The translations under genes were made by a program, and so were the position numbers. A stretch of DNA of 62,865 nt, the filler included. It is 5 parts of 5 records of this genome, joined end to end, with 100 filler letters (N's around TTAATTAATTAA, not from the genome) between each part and the next. Parts side by side here need not be neighbours in the genome. Positions count along the whole stretch, not along the records: positions 1 to 28,700 come from SRR31156797_8674; 4 more parts are not named here. One strand, given 5' to 3'. A model generated the notes under the pieces. It saw only the letters and a list, made by a program, of their open reading frames with translations. It did not search any database and was not told the origin of the DNA. Numbering within the stretch: position 1 is the stretch's first letter; every line of letters starts with the position of its first letter. Below are positions 1 to 10,229 of the stretch, in pieces.

Positions 1-1288
1 TGATAAACCCGATGTTCGTTTTGTTATTCACTATGATATTCCTAAGAGTCTAGAGGGTTATTACCAGGAAACCGGACGTGCCGGTAGAGATGGTGGAGAA
101 GGAAGATGTTTGACATTCTATAGTTATAAAGATATTCAGAAGCTGGAAAAGTTTATGCAGGGAAAGCCCGTTGCAGAACAAGAAATTGGCAAACAATTGT
201 TGATGGAAACAGTTTCGTTTGCCGAGACAGCGGTTTGCCGAAGAACTGTTTTATTGCATTATTTTGGAGAAAAGCACACGCAGGAAAATTGTGGAAATTG
301 CGACAACTGTTTGCATCCTAAGAAAGAATTTCAAGGAGAAGAGTATGTTGTGAAAGCTCTGCAGTTGGTGAAAGCAGTTAAAGAGCGTTTTAAGGTTGAT
401 CATCTTGTGAATATTTTAATTGGTTCACAAAATTCTGCCATAAAATCGTATAAGCACGATTTATTGGAGATGTATGGAGCAGGTGATGAGAAGGATCAGC
501 ATTTTTGGAATATGGTATTTCGCAGAGCTTTAATTAACTCTTTTATTGAGAAGGATATTGAGCAATACGGTGTCATTAAGATTCGTCCGGAAGGACATGC
601 ATTTTTGGAAAAACCATATCCTTTTATGCTTACCGATGATCATGATTTTGAAGGTGTAGATGCTGAAGCTCCGAAAGGTGGCGGTACCGCTGCAGTGGAT
701 AATGCTTTGCTCTCGATGTTGAAAGATTTAAGGAAGAAAGTTGCCAAATTGAAAAATGTTCCTCCTTATGTTGTTTTTCAAGACCCTTCATTAGAGGAGA
801 TGGCTATTCATTATCCTACTTCGATTGAGGAGTTAGGGCATATACAAGGTGTTGGAGCAGGTAAGGCAAAACGATTTGGTAAAGATTTCGTTGGTCTAAT
901 CGCTAAGCATGTTGAAGAAAATGAAATTGAAAGACCACAGGATATGGTTGTCCGTTCTGTAGCTGATAAATCAAAATTTAAAGTTTATATCATCCAGAGT
1001 ATTGATAGAAAGATGGATTTGGAAGATATTGCAGAGGCGAAAGGAATGGAATACGAAGATTTGCTGAAAGAAATGGAAGCAATTGTTTATTCCGGAACCA
1101 AGCTTAGTTTGGATTACTATGTAGAAGAGGTGATTGATGAAGATAAACAGGATGAAATATTGGATTATTTTCATGAAGCTGAAACTGATTGTATCGAGGA
1201 GGCACTTGATGAGCTAGGAGAAGAGGATTATTCAGAAGAAGATATTCGATTAATGAGAATACTATTCCATTCGGAAAATGGATTGTAG
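1..1288 (+). CDS. recQ: ATP-dependent DNA helicase RecQ, 5'-truncated at the window edge
   Basis: The frame is open from position 2 (DKPDVRFVIHYDIPKSLEGYYQETGRAGRDG, helicase motif VI). It also shows the Zn-binding CRR..CGNCDNC, an RQC region, and HRDC (LRKKVAKLKNVPPYVVFQDPSL). Confidence 0.95.
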   Translation, partial: DKPDVRFVIHYDIPKSLEGYYQETGRAGRDGGEGRCLTFYSYKDIQKLEKFMQGKPVAEQEIGKQLLMETVSFAETAVCRRTVLLHYFGEKHTQENCGNCDNCLHPKKEFQGEEYVVKALQLVKAVKERFKVDHLVNILIGSQNSAIKSYKHDLLEMYGAGDEKDQHFWNMVFRRALINSFIEKDIEQYGVIKIRPEGHAFLEKPYPFMLTDDHDFEGVDAEAPKGGGTAAVDNALLSMLKDLRKKVAKLKNVPPYVVFQDPSLEEMAIHYPTSIEELGHIQGVGAGKAKRFGKDFVGLIAKHVEENEIERPQDMVVRSVADKSKFKVYIIQSIDRKMDLEDIAEAKGMEYEDLLKEMEAIVYSGTKLSLDYYVEEVIDEDKQDEILDYFHEAETDCIEEALDELGEEDYSEEDIRLMRILFHSENGL

Positions 1289-1308
1289 ATTCATAAAAAT
1301 ATATAAAT

Positions 1309-1338
1309 AAAAAAGGTTGCCTACAGGCAACCTTTTTT
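1309..1338. terminator. Bidirectional intrinsic terminator
   Basis: AAAAAAGGTTGCCT-AC-AGGCAACCTTTTTT, a perfect inverted repeat between convergent genes. Confidence 0.85.
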
Positions 1339-2518
1339 ATCTGATAATCTCAGATCTTTTAAATTTTTTATTCTTATCGAAAAGAATTCTATAGGTGTGG
1401 TGTGTTTTGTAAACTTCCGCACCAATGTGTTTCATTAAATGACTCATTCTTGGATTAAAATCTCCTATCCAATTCATTTCTAGAGTTTTGAATGGAAAAT
1501 TTGAATTGTAACCAGATTGCGAGAATTCATAAATCATGGCAGCCTCGATACCTCTTTTTTGGTATTCTGGAACTACTCCAAATATAAGTCCAATGGCATT
1601 TTTATTCTTTTGAAAATATTTATAGTATAAAAATCTTAGTTTGCCGTAAAGATTTATTCTACCATTAATATGTCTCAAATATTCATTTAAATCTTGAATC
1701 ATGATGAAAAAACCAATTGGTTCATCTTTGTGATAAGCAAACCACAGAAGTCTGTCATGCATAATGGGTTTTAAGGATTTAAATAATGTTTGGGTTTGCG
1801 ATTCGGTGATGCCGTCGATTCCTGGTATTTCTTTAACCCAAGCCTCATTGTAAATATGAACGAAATCCTTAATGAATTTCATGGAGTCCTTTGAATTAAA
1901 ATGAGAAACGGAATAATCAGGATTGACTTTTAAACGTTCAGCTTTCCATTTTATTATATCACTTAAACTATCGGGTGAAAAATAAGTTTTATAAGTGAAT
2001 TGTTTAAAATAGATTTCAAAACCATATTCTTCGAAAAAATTTTTGTAATATGCTTTATGATAGGGCATATTGTAAACTGGTTTATGATCTCCTTCAACAT
2101 GAAGTCCCCACCACTGGTGTCTTTCACCAAAATTAATAGGACCATCCATGGCTTCAATATTTCTTTCTTCTAACCATTTTTTACAATGATCAAATATTTC
2201 AAAAGCAGCCTTTTTATCATCTATACATTCGAAAAAACCCATTCCACCAGTAGGCTGATCGTTAGCATCTTTAGATTTGTGATTGATAAAAGCAGCTACT
2301 CGACCAATGGTTTTGTTGCTGCCATTGGTAATGATCCATCGAGAACATTCTCCGTGTTGAAACATTTTATTTTCCTTAGGATCAAAAATATTTTCTATTT
2401 CAAAATCGAGTGGACGAACCCAATTCGAATCATTTTTATAGAGTTTTACGGGAAGTTCAAGAAACTCTTTGCGAGTTTTATCATCAGCAACCTCGATTAT
2501 TTGAAATTGTGTTTCCAT
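1337..2518 (-). CDS. GNAT-fold N-acetyltransferase (YghO-like family)
   Basis: GRVAAFIN..GGMGFFECIDD, MDGPINF, FGVVPEYQKRGIEAAM (acetyl-CoA motif) and EMNWIGDFN. Confidence 0.75.
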   Translation of the reverse strand: METQFQIIEVADDKTRKEFLELPVKLYKNDSNWVRPLDFEIENIFDPKENKMFQHGECSRWIITNGSNKTIGRVAAFINHKSKDANDQPTGGMGFFECIDDKKAAFEIFDHCKKWLEERNIEAMDGPINFGERHQWWGLHVEGDHKPVYNMPYHKAYYKNFFEEYGFEIYFKQFTYKTYFSPDSLSDIIKWKAERLKVNPDYSVSHFNSKDSMKFIKDFVHIYNEAWVKEIPGIDGITESQTQTLFKSLKPIMHDRLLWFAYHKDEPIGFFIMIQDLNEYLRHINGRINLYGKLRFLYYKYFQKNKNAIGLIFGVVPEYQKRGIEAAMIYEFSQSGYNSNFPFKTLEMNWIGDFNPRMSHLMKHIGAEVYKTHHTYRILFDKNKKFKRSEIIR

Positions 2519-2519
2519 T

Positions 2520-3536
2520 TCAGGCTTGAGCTTTGTTTTTTACGATTTGGTTTCTGTTGGCAATAGGAAGCGCAATCACAGATAAAGCGCCAACAATAAT
2601 TATCATTGCTGTTTGTGCCCCATGAACAACAAGAGCAAAACTTTTTGATAGATTCTCAATATTGGCAACTCCTGGTAAATAGACCAAAAGTGTTCCAATA
2701 ACCATAAAATGCCATGCACCAAATCCTCCTTGCACCGGAGCAACCATTCCAAAGGCACTCATTACAAATACCGTTAACCCGGCTAATGCTGGTAGGTTAG
2801 ATGTAAATCCAAAACTAAAGAAGCAAATGTATGTCATTAGGTAATACATAATCCAAATAAATACGGTATGTAGAACAAATGGCCACTTATTTTCAATTTT
2901 TTTGATAGTACGAAAACCATCCATGAAGCTCTTTAGTGTTTTATCTATCTTTTGGAAAAAGCTAGTGTGCTTAAATTTCTTTCTCAATAACCAAATTAAA
3001 AAGCTAATTCCAATAACAATATATAGAGTGTATGCTGAAGCAAATACATTTGAAAGTTTTTCGCTTACTTTCGGATTTTGGCTAAAAAAATCAGAGATAA
3101 CTGAAAATTGAGTAGATAAGGCAATTAATAAGAATACAAATAGCATAATGATATCTAGAACACGCTCTAGTACCACAGTTCCAACCAATTTTGAAAAAGA
3201 AATATCTTCGTATTTGCTAATGATGCCACATCGCGAAATTTCACCCATTCGAGGTAAAGCTAAATTGGCGAAGTAACCAACCATTACTGCTAAAAATGTA
3301 TTTACAGTTCTTGGTTTTTTTCCTAATGGTTCAATTAATAAATTCCAGCGTATTGTTCTGCTAATATGACTGAGTAAACCAAAAAATAAAGACAGTAGTA
3401 TCCAATAGAAATTTGCACTTTTGATTGAAACTAAAATATCGTCAATATTTTGATCACGATAAACCAACCAAAATAGAACGGAGCTAATTGAAAAGAAGAT
3501 TAAAAATTTTATAGTATTAGCGAGCTTTTTCTTCAA
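2520..3536 (-). CDS. Lysylphosphatidylglycerol synthase TM / flippase-like membrane protein (UPF0104)
   Basis: Multiple hydrophobic segments; RWNLLI, GYFANLALPRMGEISR, ERVLD and PVQGGFGAWH motifs. Confidence 0.85.
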   Translation of the reverse strand: MKKKLANTIKFLIFFSISSVLFWLVYRDQNIDDILVSIKSANFYWILLSLFFGLLSHISRTIRWNLLIEPLGKKPRTVNTFLAVMVGYFANLALPRMGEISRCGIISKYEDISFSKLVGTVVLERVLDIIMLFVFLLIALSTQFSVISDFFSQNPKVSEKLSNVFASAYTLYIVIGISFLIWLLRKKFKHTSFFQKIDKTLKSFMDGFRTIKKIENKWPFVLHTVFIWIMYYLMTYICFFSFGFTSNLPALAGLTVFVMSAFGMVAPVQGGFGAWHFMVIGTLLVYLPGVANIENLSKSFALVVHGAQTAMIIIVGALSVIALPIANRNQIVKNKAQA

Positions 3537-3627
3537 TTTTAATATTTTTAATGTTAGAATTTTAATAGAAAAAACTAACGGTGGTTAATTTTTCGGCATG
3601 AATACCTGCTTATTCGGTATTAAGTCC

Positions 3628-3664
3628 TAATTTTGCCGAGCAATAAATATAAGCTACAAAAATA
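3628..3664. promoter_or_regulatory. Candidate Bacteroidota -7 promoter boxes for the divergent genes
   Basis: TAATTTTG at 3628-3635 (+) and TATTTTTG at 3657-3664 (-) both match the TAnnTTTG consensus. Confidence 0.5.
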
Positions 3665-3752
3665 AGTAAATGTTTGTAATCTCCTTTGAAAAGCTTCTGT
3701 TTTTAACTTTTGTTAATCGAAGAGAGAGGTGAAAGAATTAATAAATTAAGAT

Positions 3753-4544
3753 ATGGGATACGTTAGAGCTAAAAAGAATCTGGGACAACACTTTTTGAGA
3801 GACCTAAATATTGCAAAAAAAATTGTTGCAGGGATGGAAGCTACTAATGTTTCAAAAGTTCTTGAAATAGGTCCAGGTATGGGCGTATTGACACAATACC
3901 TTCTTCAAAATGATAATTTTGAGACCCATGTTGTTGAAATTGATACTGAATCAGTAGCTTATTTGAAAGAAAATTTTCCTCAATTATCGGATCGTATTAT
4001 TGGAGAAGATTTTTTAAAGTATGATTTAAAATCATTATTTAAAGAGCCATTCGCCGTAATAGGTAATTTTCCATACAATATATCATCACAGATTTTTTTT
4101 AAGGTTCTGGAGCATCGTGATCAAATTCCTGAAGTAGTTGGAATGATTCAAAAAGAAGTTGCCGAGAGAATGGCTGCTGTCCCAGGCAATAAAACCTTTG
4201 GTATATTGAGTGTATTAATGCAAGCATTTTACGATATAGAATATCTGTTTACAGTAAGTGAAAATGTCTTCGATCCACCACCCAAGGTTAAATCTGCAGT
4301 AATTCGCATGAAGCGGAATACAACCTCGAACCTCGAATGTGATGAAAAATTATTTTTTCGAGTCGTGAAAGCCGGTTTTAATCAGCGCCGGAAAACTTTA
4401 AGAAATTCCTTGAAAGCCGTTTTAGGAGATCAAAAACTTGATGATGAGTTGATGTCTAAAAGACCAGAACAGTTAAGTGTTCAGGAGTTTGTATATCTAA
4501 CTTTAAAAGTGCAGGAATTGCTGAATACACAACTAAGAGAATAA
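3753..4544 (+). CDS. rsmA: 16S rRNA adenine dimethyltransferase RsmA/KsgA
   Basis: [29 protein letters not shown] and PPPKVKSAV motifs. Confidence 0.97.
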   Translation: MGYVRAKKNLGQHFLRDLNIAKKIVAGMEATNVSKVLEIGPGMGVLTQYLLQNDNFETHVVEIDTESVAYLKENFPQLSDRIIGEDFLKYDLKSLFKEPFAVIGNFPYNISSQIFFKVLEHRDQIPEVVGMIQKEVAERMAAVPGNKTFGILSVLMQAFYDIEYLFTVSENVFDPPPKVKSAVIRMKRNTTSNLECDEKLFFRVVKAGFNQRRKTLRNSLKAVLGDQKLDDELMSKRPEQLSVQEFVYLTLKVQELLNTQLRE

Positions 4545-4568
4545 AAATTACACTTAAAATTTATTGTT

Positions 4569-5927
4569 ATGCAATTTGAATTGACTCGCGAATATATCGA
4601 TAATTTAAAAGTAGTTATCGAAGAAAAGAATGAAGCAGAGGCAATTGGTTTAATGGAAGAATTGCATCCTGCAGATATAGCTGAAATTTATGATGAGTTA
4701 AGCATAGATGAAGCAAAATTCCTATACCTTTTACTTGACGGAGATACAGCTGCTGATGTTTTAGCAGAACTGGAAGACGATGATCGTGAAAGATTCCTAA
4801 AATCTTTACCAGTTGAGGTCATTGCCAAAAAGTTTATCGATAAAATGGATTCCGATGATGCTGCCGATGTAATTGGTGGATTGTCAGAAGAACAGCAAGA
4901 GGAGATTTTATCTCATATTGAAGATATTGAACAGGCTGGTGACATTGTTGATTTGTTGCATTATGACGAAGATACTGCCGGCGGTTTAATGGCGAAAGAA
5001 CTTGTGATTGTAAACGAGAACTGGACGGTTTTAACATGTTTACGAGAACTAAGTCGTCAGGCTGAAGATATTGATGAAATATATTACGTTTACGTTGTTG
5101 ATGATGATAACGTATTGAAGGGAACCTTATCATTGAAAAAAATGATATTGAGTTCTACATCCGCGAAAATCAGTAATATTTATCAACCCGATGCAATGGC
5201 TGTTCATACCGATGAAAAGGATGAAGAGGTTGCTTTAATTATGGAGAAATATGACTTGGTAGCTATACCTGTTGTAGATAGTATTGGACGCTTAATGGGA
5301 CGTATTACCATTGATGATGTTGTAGATGTAATTCGTGAAGAAGCAGAGAAGGATTATCAAATGGCTTCCGGTCTTGCCGAAGATATTGAAGCAAGTGACT
5401 CAATTTGGTTACAAACTAGAGCCCGTCTTCCTTGGTTATTAATTGGATTAGTTGGTGGTATTTTTGCAGCTATGGTTATTTCTATTCGTGAAAAAGAGCT
5501 AGACGCTACACCAGCATTGGCATTTTTTATTCCTCTAATTACTGCAATGGCTGGTAATGTAGGAGTACAGTCTTCTGCAATTATTGTGCAAGGTATTGCG
5601 AATAATTCATTGGGTTTCGAGAGTACTTTTAGTAGATTATTAAGGGAATTAGGAGGAGCACTTATTAATGGTTTAACCTGTTCATCATTGTTGTTTTTAT
5701 GGAATTATTTTGTTGGGGATTCTATGGCTTTAACAATGACAGTTTCTATTGCTCTTTTTGCAGTAATCATATTTGCCGCAATTGCAGGAACTATTATTCC
5801 ACTAATGCTAAATAGAGCAAAAGTTGATCCGGCTTTGGCAACGGGTCCATTTATTACAACATTAAATGATATTGTTGGTTTGTTAATCTATCTGACAATT
5901 GGCGCCTATTTTTATGGTGTTTTATAG
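4569..5927 (+). CDS. mgtE: Magnesium transporter MgtE
   Basis: LHPADIAE N-domain, CBS pair, RLPWL, AGNVGVQ and DPALATGPFITTLND. Confidence 0.96.
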   Translation: MQFELTREYIDNLKVVIEEKNEAEAIGLMEELHPADIAEIYDELSIDEAKFLYLLLDGDTAADVLAELEDDDRERFLKSLPVEVIAKKFIDKMDSDDAADVIGGLSEEQQEEILSHIEDIEQAGDIVDLLHYDEDTAGGLMAKELVIVNENWTVLTCLRELSRQAEDIDEIYYVYVVDDDNVLKGTLSLKKMILSSTSAKISNIYQPDAMAVHTDEKDEEVALIMEKYDLVAIPVVDSIGRLMGRITIDDVVDVIREEAEKDYQMASGLAEDIEASDSIWLQTRARLPWLLIGLVGGIFAAMVISIREKELDATPALAFFIPLITAMAGNVGVQSSAIIVQGIANNSLGFESTFSRLLRELGGALINGLTCSSLLFLWNYFVGDSMALTMTVSIALFAVIIFAAIAGTIIPLMLNRAKVDPALATGPFITTLNDIVGLLIYLTIGAYFYGVL

Positions 5928-6066
5928 AATTAATTATTTTGTTGAAGTACATTGGTTCGTAGGATCTAAATTGATGTTTTTTATTAAGGAGTTTCATTAT
6001 TTTCTGTGCCTAATAAAAAGTTGAACAAAAAGTAATATCACAGGTCGGATTTTTTTAGGTTTTTCT

Positions 6067-6074
6067 TAACTTTG
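6067..6074 (+). promoter_or_regulatory. Bacteroidota -7 promoter element of purH
   Basis: TAACTTTG matches TAnnTTTG and lies about 130 nt upstream of the purH ATG. Confidence 0.7.
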
Positions 6075-6076
6075 CA

Positions 6077-6189
6077 GGAGGTTTTTAGAGGTCTCGTAAA
6101 TTATTATAAATGAATGATTTGCAAAACCTATGAGCCGAGATAGTTTTTCGCAAGAAAAATTAAATTATACCATTTTATAAAATACCTCC
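6077..6189 (+). ncRNA. Candidate structured cis-regulatory RNA in the purH 5' leader (class not recognised)
   Basis: Stems: GGAGGT/ACCTCC closing stem, TCTCG/CGAGA, GTAAATTATT/AATGATTTGC, and TAGTTTTTC-GCAA-GAAAAATTA with a GNRA loop. A possible AGGT/ACCT pseudoknot is also present. Confidence 0.55.
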
Positions 6190-6202
6190 AAAAAAAAGAA
6201 CC

Positions 6203-7735
6203 ATGAAGAGAGCGCTTATCAGTGTGTTTGATAAAACAAACGTAGTTGAATTTGCTAGAGAGCTAACAAGTTTAGGCTGGGAAATTATTTCTACCGGTGG
6301 AACTTCTGCTAAATTTAAAGCTGAAGGAATACCGGTTATGGATATTTCTGACCTAACTCAATTTCCAGAGTGTTTTGATGGTCGTTTAAAAACGATACAT
6401 CCTCACGTTGAAGGTGGAATTTTGGCTATTCGCGATAATGAAATGCATCAAAAACAAATGGCTGAGTTAGGAATCGACCCTATCGATATTGTGGTTTGTA
6501 ACCTTTATCCGTTTAAGGAAACTGTTTTAAACCCTAAATCAAGTCACGAAGATATTGTTGAAAATATTGATATAGGTGGTCCAACTATGTTGAGAGCTGC
6601 TGCTAAGAATTACAATTTTGTATCTGTAATTACAGATCCTGAAGATTATACGAAAGTAATTGAGGAGTTAAAAGCTTCAGGTGATACAAGTATTGAAACA
6701 AAAGAGTATTTAGCGGCAAAGGTATTCGAACATACAGCACATTACGATGCGTTAATTTCAGGATACTTCAATAAAAAGTTGAATGTAAAATCACCAAAGA
6801 CTTTAACGCTCACATACGAAAAGAAGCAAGATCTTCGTTATGGAGAGAACCCGCATCAGAATGCAACTTTCTATACTCAAATTCAAGAGACAGAAGGAAC
6901 ATTAACTGCTGCAAATAAAATTCACGGTAAGGAATTATCGTATAATAATATTGGCGACACTGATGGTGCATTAGAAGCTTTAAAAGAGTTTGATGAGCCA
7001 ACAATTGTTGCAACTAAGCATGCCAATCCTTGTGGTATTGGTAGTGGAGATTCTATTTCAGTAGCTTTTCAAAGAGCTTACGATGCAGATCCTGTATCAA
7101 TTTTTGGAGGAATCGTTGCTGCCAATCGCGAAATTGATAAGGCTACAGCAGAAATAATGAGTGGTATTTTCTTAGAAGTTATTGTTGCTCCTTCGTATAG
7201 CAAAGAAGCGCTGGAAATACTAACTAAGAAAAAGAATTTAAGATTATTGGAGTTGCCAGATATCTTAAAATCTGATTATTCATCTTTCAAAGGAAAAACC
7301 GTTTTAGGTGGATTTTTGATTCAGGAGATGGATAAGGAATTAATTGGAGGAGATCTTGAAGTTGTTACGGACAGAAAACCTACAGAAAGAGAAATGGAAG
7401 ATTTGATGTTTGCTTGGAAAACAGTGAAACATGCAAAATCAAATGGAATTGCCTTAGCAAAAGACAAAACATCAACAGGTGTTGGTCCGGGACAAGTAAG
7501 TCGTATTTGGGCTTTGGAAAATGCAATCCGACAAGGTGGAGATAGAATTAAAGGAAGTGTTTTAGCTTCTGATGCATTCTTCCCATTTTCAGATTGTGTT
7601 GAAGCAGCACATGCAGCAGGAGTTACAGCTATTATTCAACCAGGAGGTTCGATAAGAGATAAAGATTCTATTGAAGCGGCTAATAAGTTTGGAATTGCTA
7701 TGGTATTTACAGGAATGAGACATTTTAAACACTAA
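6203..7735 (+). CDS. purH: Bifunctional AICAR formyltransferase/IMP cyclohydrolase
   Basis: RALISVFDK, STGGT, ENIDIGGPTMLRAAAKN, LRYGENPHQ, KHANPCG, ASDAFFPF and TGMRHFKH. Confidence 0.98.
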   Translation: MKRALISVFDKTNVVEFARELTSLGWEIISTGGTSAKFKAEGIPVMDISDLTQFPECFDGRLKTIHPHVEGGILAIRDNEMHQKQMAELGIDPIDIVVCNLYPFKETVLNPKSSHEDIVENIDIGGPTMLRAAAKNYNFVSVITDPEDYTKVIEELKASGDTSIETKEYLAAKVFEHTAHYDALISGYFNKKLNVKSPKTLTLTYEKKQDLRYGENPHQNATFYTQIQETEGTLTAANKIHGKELSYNNIGDTDGALEALKEFDEPTIVATKHANPCGIGSGDSISVAFQRAYDADPVSIFGGIVAANREIDKATAEIMSGIFLEVIVAPSYSKEALEILTKKKNLRLLELPDILKSDYSSFKGKTVLGGFLIQEMDKELIGGDLEVVTDRKPTEREMEDLMFAWKTVKHAKSNGIALAKDKTSTGVGPGQVSRIWALENAIRQGGDRIKGSVLASDAFFPFSDCVEAAHAAGVTAIIQPGGSIRDKDSIEAANKFGIAMVFTGMRHFKH

Positions 7736-7742
7736 AATATTT

Positions 7743-7790
7743 GCCTTGTTCGGATATGAGAAGTACTTTTCATATCCGAATTGGCATTTT
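7743..7790 (+). terminator. Hairpin/terminator between purH and mreB
   Basis: TTCGGATATGA...TCATATCCGAA stem extended by GCC/GGC and followed by a T run. Confidence 0.6.
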
Positions 7791-7820
7791 TAAATAAGAT
7801 AACAGAGATACAGCTACCAT

Positions 7821-8843
7821 ATGGGATTTTTTTCATTTTTAACACAGGAGATTGCCATCGATTTAGGTACAGCTAACACAATTATTATCAGCAATGATAA
7901 AATTGTAGTGGATGAACCATCGATAGTAGCTCTAGACCGCCGCACCGAAAAAATGGTTGCGATAGGCGAGAAAGCTCGTCAAATGCAAGGTAAAACTCAC
8001 GAAGATTTGAAAACCATTCGTCCTTTAAGGGATGGGGTGATTGCCGACTTTAATGCGGCTGAGCAAATGATTCGCGGGATGATCAAAATGATCAATAAGA
8101 AACCTCGCTTATTTCCTCCTTCGTTAAGAATTGTTGTGTGTATTCCATCGGGTAGTACCGAGGTTGAAATGCGTGCAGTTCGTGATTCTTCGGAACACGC
8201 TGGTGGTCGTGATGTGTATATGATTTATGAGCCAATGGCAGCAGCTATCGGTATTGGTATTGATGTTGAAGCACCAGAAGGTAACATGGTTGTTGATATA
8301 GGTGGTGGTACTACAGAAATTGCAGTGATTTCGCTTGGAGGTATTGTTACCAACAAATCGATTCGTATTGCGGGTGATGATTTAACTATTGATATTCAAG
8401 AGTACATGCGTCATCAACACAATATTAAAATTGGAGAAAGAACAGCTGAGGAGATTAAGATTCATGTTGGTTCTGCTTTGTCAGAGCTAGAAGAACCTCC
8501 AACAGATTTTCGTGTTCAGGGACCGAATCAAATGACAGCTCTTCCAATTGAAGTACCTGTTTCATACCAGGAAATTGCACACTGCCTTGAAAAATCGATT
8601 TCTAAAATTGAGATTGCAATTTTAAGTGCATTGGAGCAAACGCCTCCTGAATTGTATGCTGATATTGTGAACAGAGGTATTTATCTTGCTGGTGGTGGAG
8701 CTTTACTTCGTGGTTTAGATAAACGATTGACCGATAAAATTAATATACCATTCCATATTGCTGAAGATCCGTTAAGAGCGGTTGCACGTGGTACTGGTAT
8801 TGCTCTAAAAAATGTTGATAAGTTTTCATTCTTGAGAAGATAA
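7821..8843 (+). CDS. mreB: Rod shape-determining protein MreB
   Basis: IAIDLGTANT, EPMAAAIG, VDIGGGTTE and GGGALLRGLD. Confidence 0.98.
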   Translation: MGFFSFLTQEIAIDLGTANTIIISNDKIVVDEPSIVALDRRTEKMVAIGEKARQMQGKTHEDLKTIRPLRDGVIADFNAAEQMIRGMIKMINKKPRLFPPSLRIVVCIPSGSTEVEMRAVRDSSEHAGGRDVYMIYEPMAAAIGIGIDVEAPEGNMVVDIGGGTTEIAVISLGGIVTNKSIRIAGDDLTIDIQEYMRHQHNIKIGERTAEEIKIHVGSALSELEEPPTDFRVQGPNQMTALPIEVPVSYQEIAHCLEKSISKIEIAILSALEQTPPELYADIVNRGIYLAGGGALLRGLDKRLTDKINIPFHIAEDPLRAVARGTGIALKNVDKFSFLRR

Positions 8844-8886
8844 TCAAGAGTGAAACTTTTATAAGTTTAAAGGAATTGATTTTCGA

Positions 8887-9714
8887 ATGAAGAATCTGTT
8901 GCATTTTATCGTACGATTTCATTTTACGATTTTATTTATTGTGTTCGAATTATTTTGTTTGTTATTGTTGGTTAACTACAATAACTATCAAAAATCTCAA
9001 TTCCTGAATTCAAGCAATTCTATTAGTGGTGGTATTTACGAAAAAGTATCATCTGTTACTGATTATTTGTCACTGGCAAAAACAAACGAGGAATTAAGCC
9101 GAGAGAATGCGAAATTGAATAATTTGTTAGGATCTTCATTTAAATCATCTGTTGATTCTTCGTTTACGTATTCGGATACATTGTATCGTCAGCAATATAT
9201 TTATCGTACTGCTAAAATTATTAATAACTCTGTAAATAAACAATTGAATTATATTACACTTAATAAAGGTCGGATTCATGGAATAGAATCCGATATGGGA
9301 GTTGTTACTGTTAATGGAGTTGTTGGAGTTGTAAAAAGTGTATCTGAAAATTATTCTTCTGTTATTTCTTTATTAAATAGCAGGATAAAAATATCTGCAA
9401 AAATTAAGAAGAATGACTATTTTGGCTCATTGAGCTGGGATGGTAAAGACTATCGAAAAGCACTTTTATTGGATATTCCTTTTCATGTACAGGTGAAAAA
9501 AGGAGATACCATCGTAACCAGTGGATTTTCTTCGACGTTTCCTGAAGGTTTGACATTAGGAGTAATAGATGAAGTACTGACTTCTTCGGGAAGTAATTTC
9601 CAGGAAGTTAAAGTTCTTCTGTCTAATGATTTTAAGAGTCTTTCCTATGTAAAGGTAATTGGTGATTTATTGAAAGAGGAAAGAATAGAACTTGAGGAAG
9701 GAGTTGTAGAATGA
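8887..9714 (+). CDS. mreC: Rod shape-determining protein MreC
   Basis: N-terminal TM plus coiled coil, GDTIVTSGFSSTFPEG; operon position. Confidence 0.94.
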   Translation: MKNLLHFIVRFHFTILFIVFELFCLLLLVNYNNYQKSQFLNSSNSISGGIYEKVSSVTDYLSLAKTNEELSRENAKLNNLLGSSFKSSVDSSFTYSDTLYRQQYIYRTAKIINNSVNKQLNYITLNKGRIHGIESDMGVVTVNGVVGVVKSVSENYSSVISLLNSRIKISAKIKKNDYFGSLSWDGKDYRKALLLDIPFHVQVKKGDTIVTSGFSSTFPEGLTLGVIDEVLTSSGSNFQEVKVLLSNDFKSLSYVKVIGDLLKEERIELEEGVVE

Positions 9715-10214
9715 ACATTATTCTGAAAAATGCGATCAGGTTTATTGTACTTGTTCTAATTCAGGTGGCAATACTTAATAACATACAGGTAAGTGGGTTT
9801 TTAAATCCATATATGTATGTTTTATTTATTCTATTGCTTCCTTTTGAAACTCCAAATTGGCTCTTACTATCCTTATCATTTTTGTTAGGTTTCAGTGTTG
9901 ATATTTTTTCGGGAACATTGGGAATGCATGCTTCAGCTTGTGTATTTATGGGATATGTTCGACCTTATGTGTTGAATTATTTATCCTTACGCGATGGATA
10001 TGAAATTGGGACTTATCCTGGAATCTCGTATTATGGATTTGTATGGTTTTTTAAGTATGCATTGGTTTTAGTTGTTGCACATCATTCATTTTTATTTATT
10101 ATTGAGGCATTCTCGTTTGCCAACTTTAGTGAAACAATGGTGAGAATTATTTTTAGTAGTTTTTTCTCTTTAACCTTACTTGTTACTTCTCAGTTTTTAA
10201 TGTTTAAAAAATAG
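9711..10214 (+). CDS. mreD: Rod shape-determining protein MreD
   Basis: Polytopic membrane protein with GFSVDIFSGTLGMHASA, located between mreC and mrdA. Confidence 0.92.
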   Translation: MNIILKNAIRFIVLVLIQVAILNNIQVSGFLNPYMYVLFILLLPFETPNWLLLSLSFLLGFSVDIFSGTLGMHASACVFMGYVRPYVLNYLSLRDGYEIGTYPGISYYGFVWFFKYALVLVVAHHSFLFIIEAFSFANFSETMVRIIFSSFFSLTLLVTSQFLMFKK

Positions 10215-10229
10215 ATCAACTTATAGCAA

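Noticed and set aside
6077-6189. ZMP/ZTP (pfl) or purine riboswitch assignment
   Set aside because: The characteristic ACTGRCG...GTGG/CCAC and GCCTGGGC elements and the purine-aptamer core are not present.
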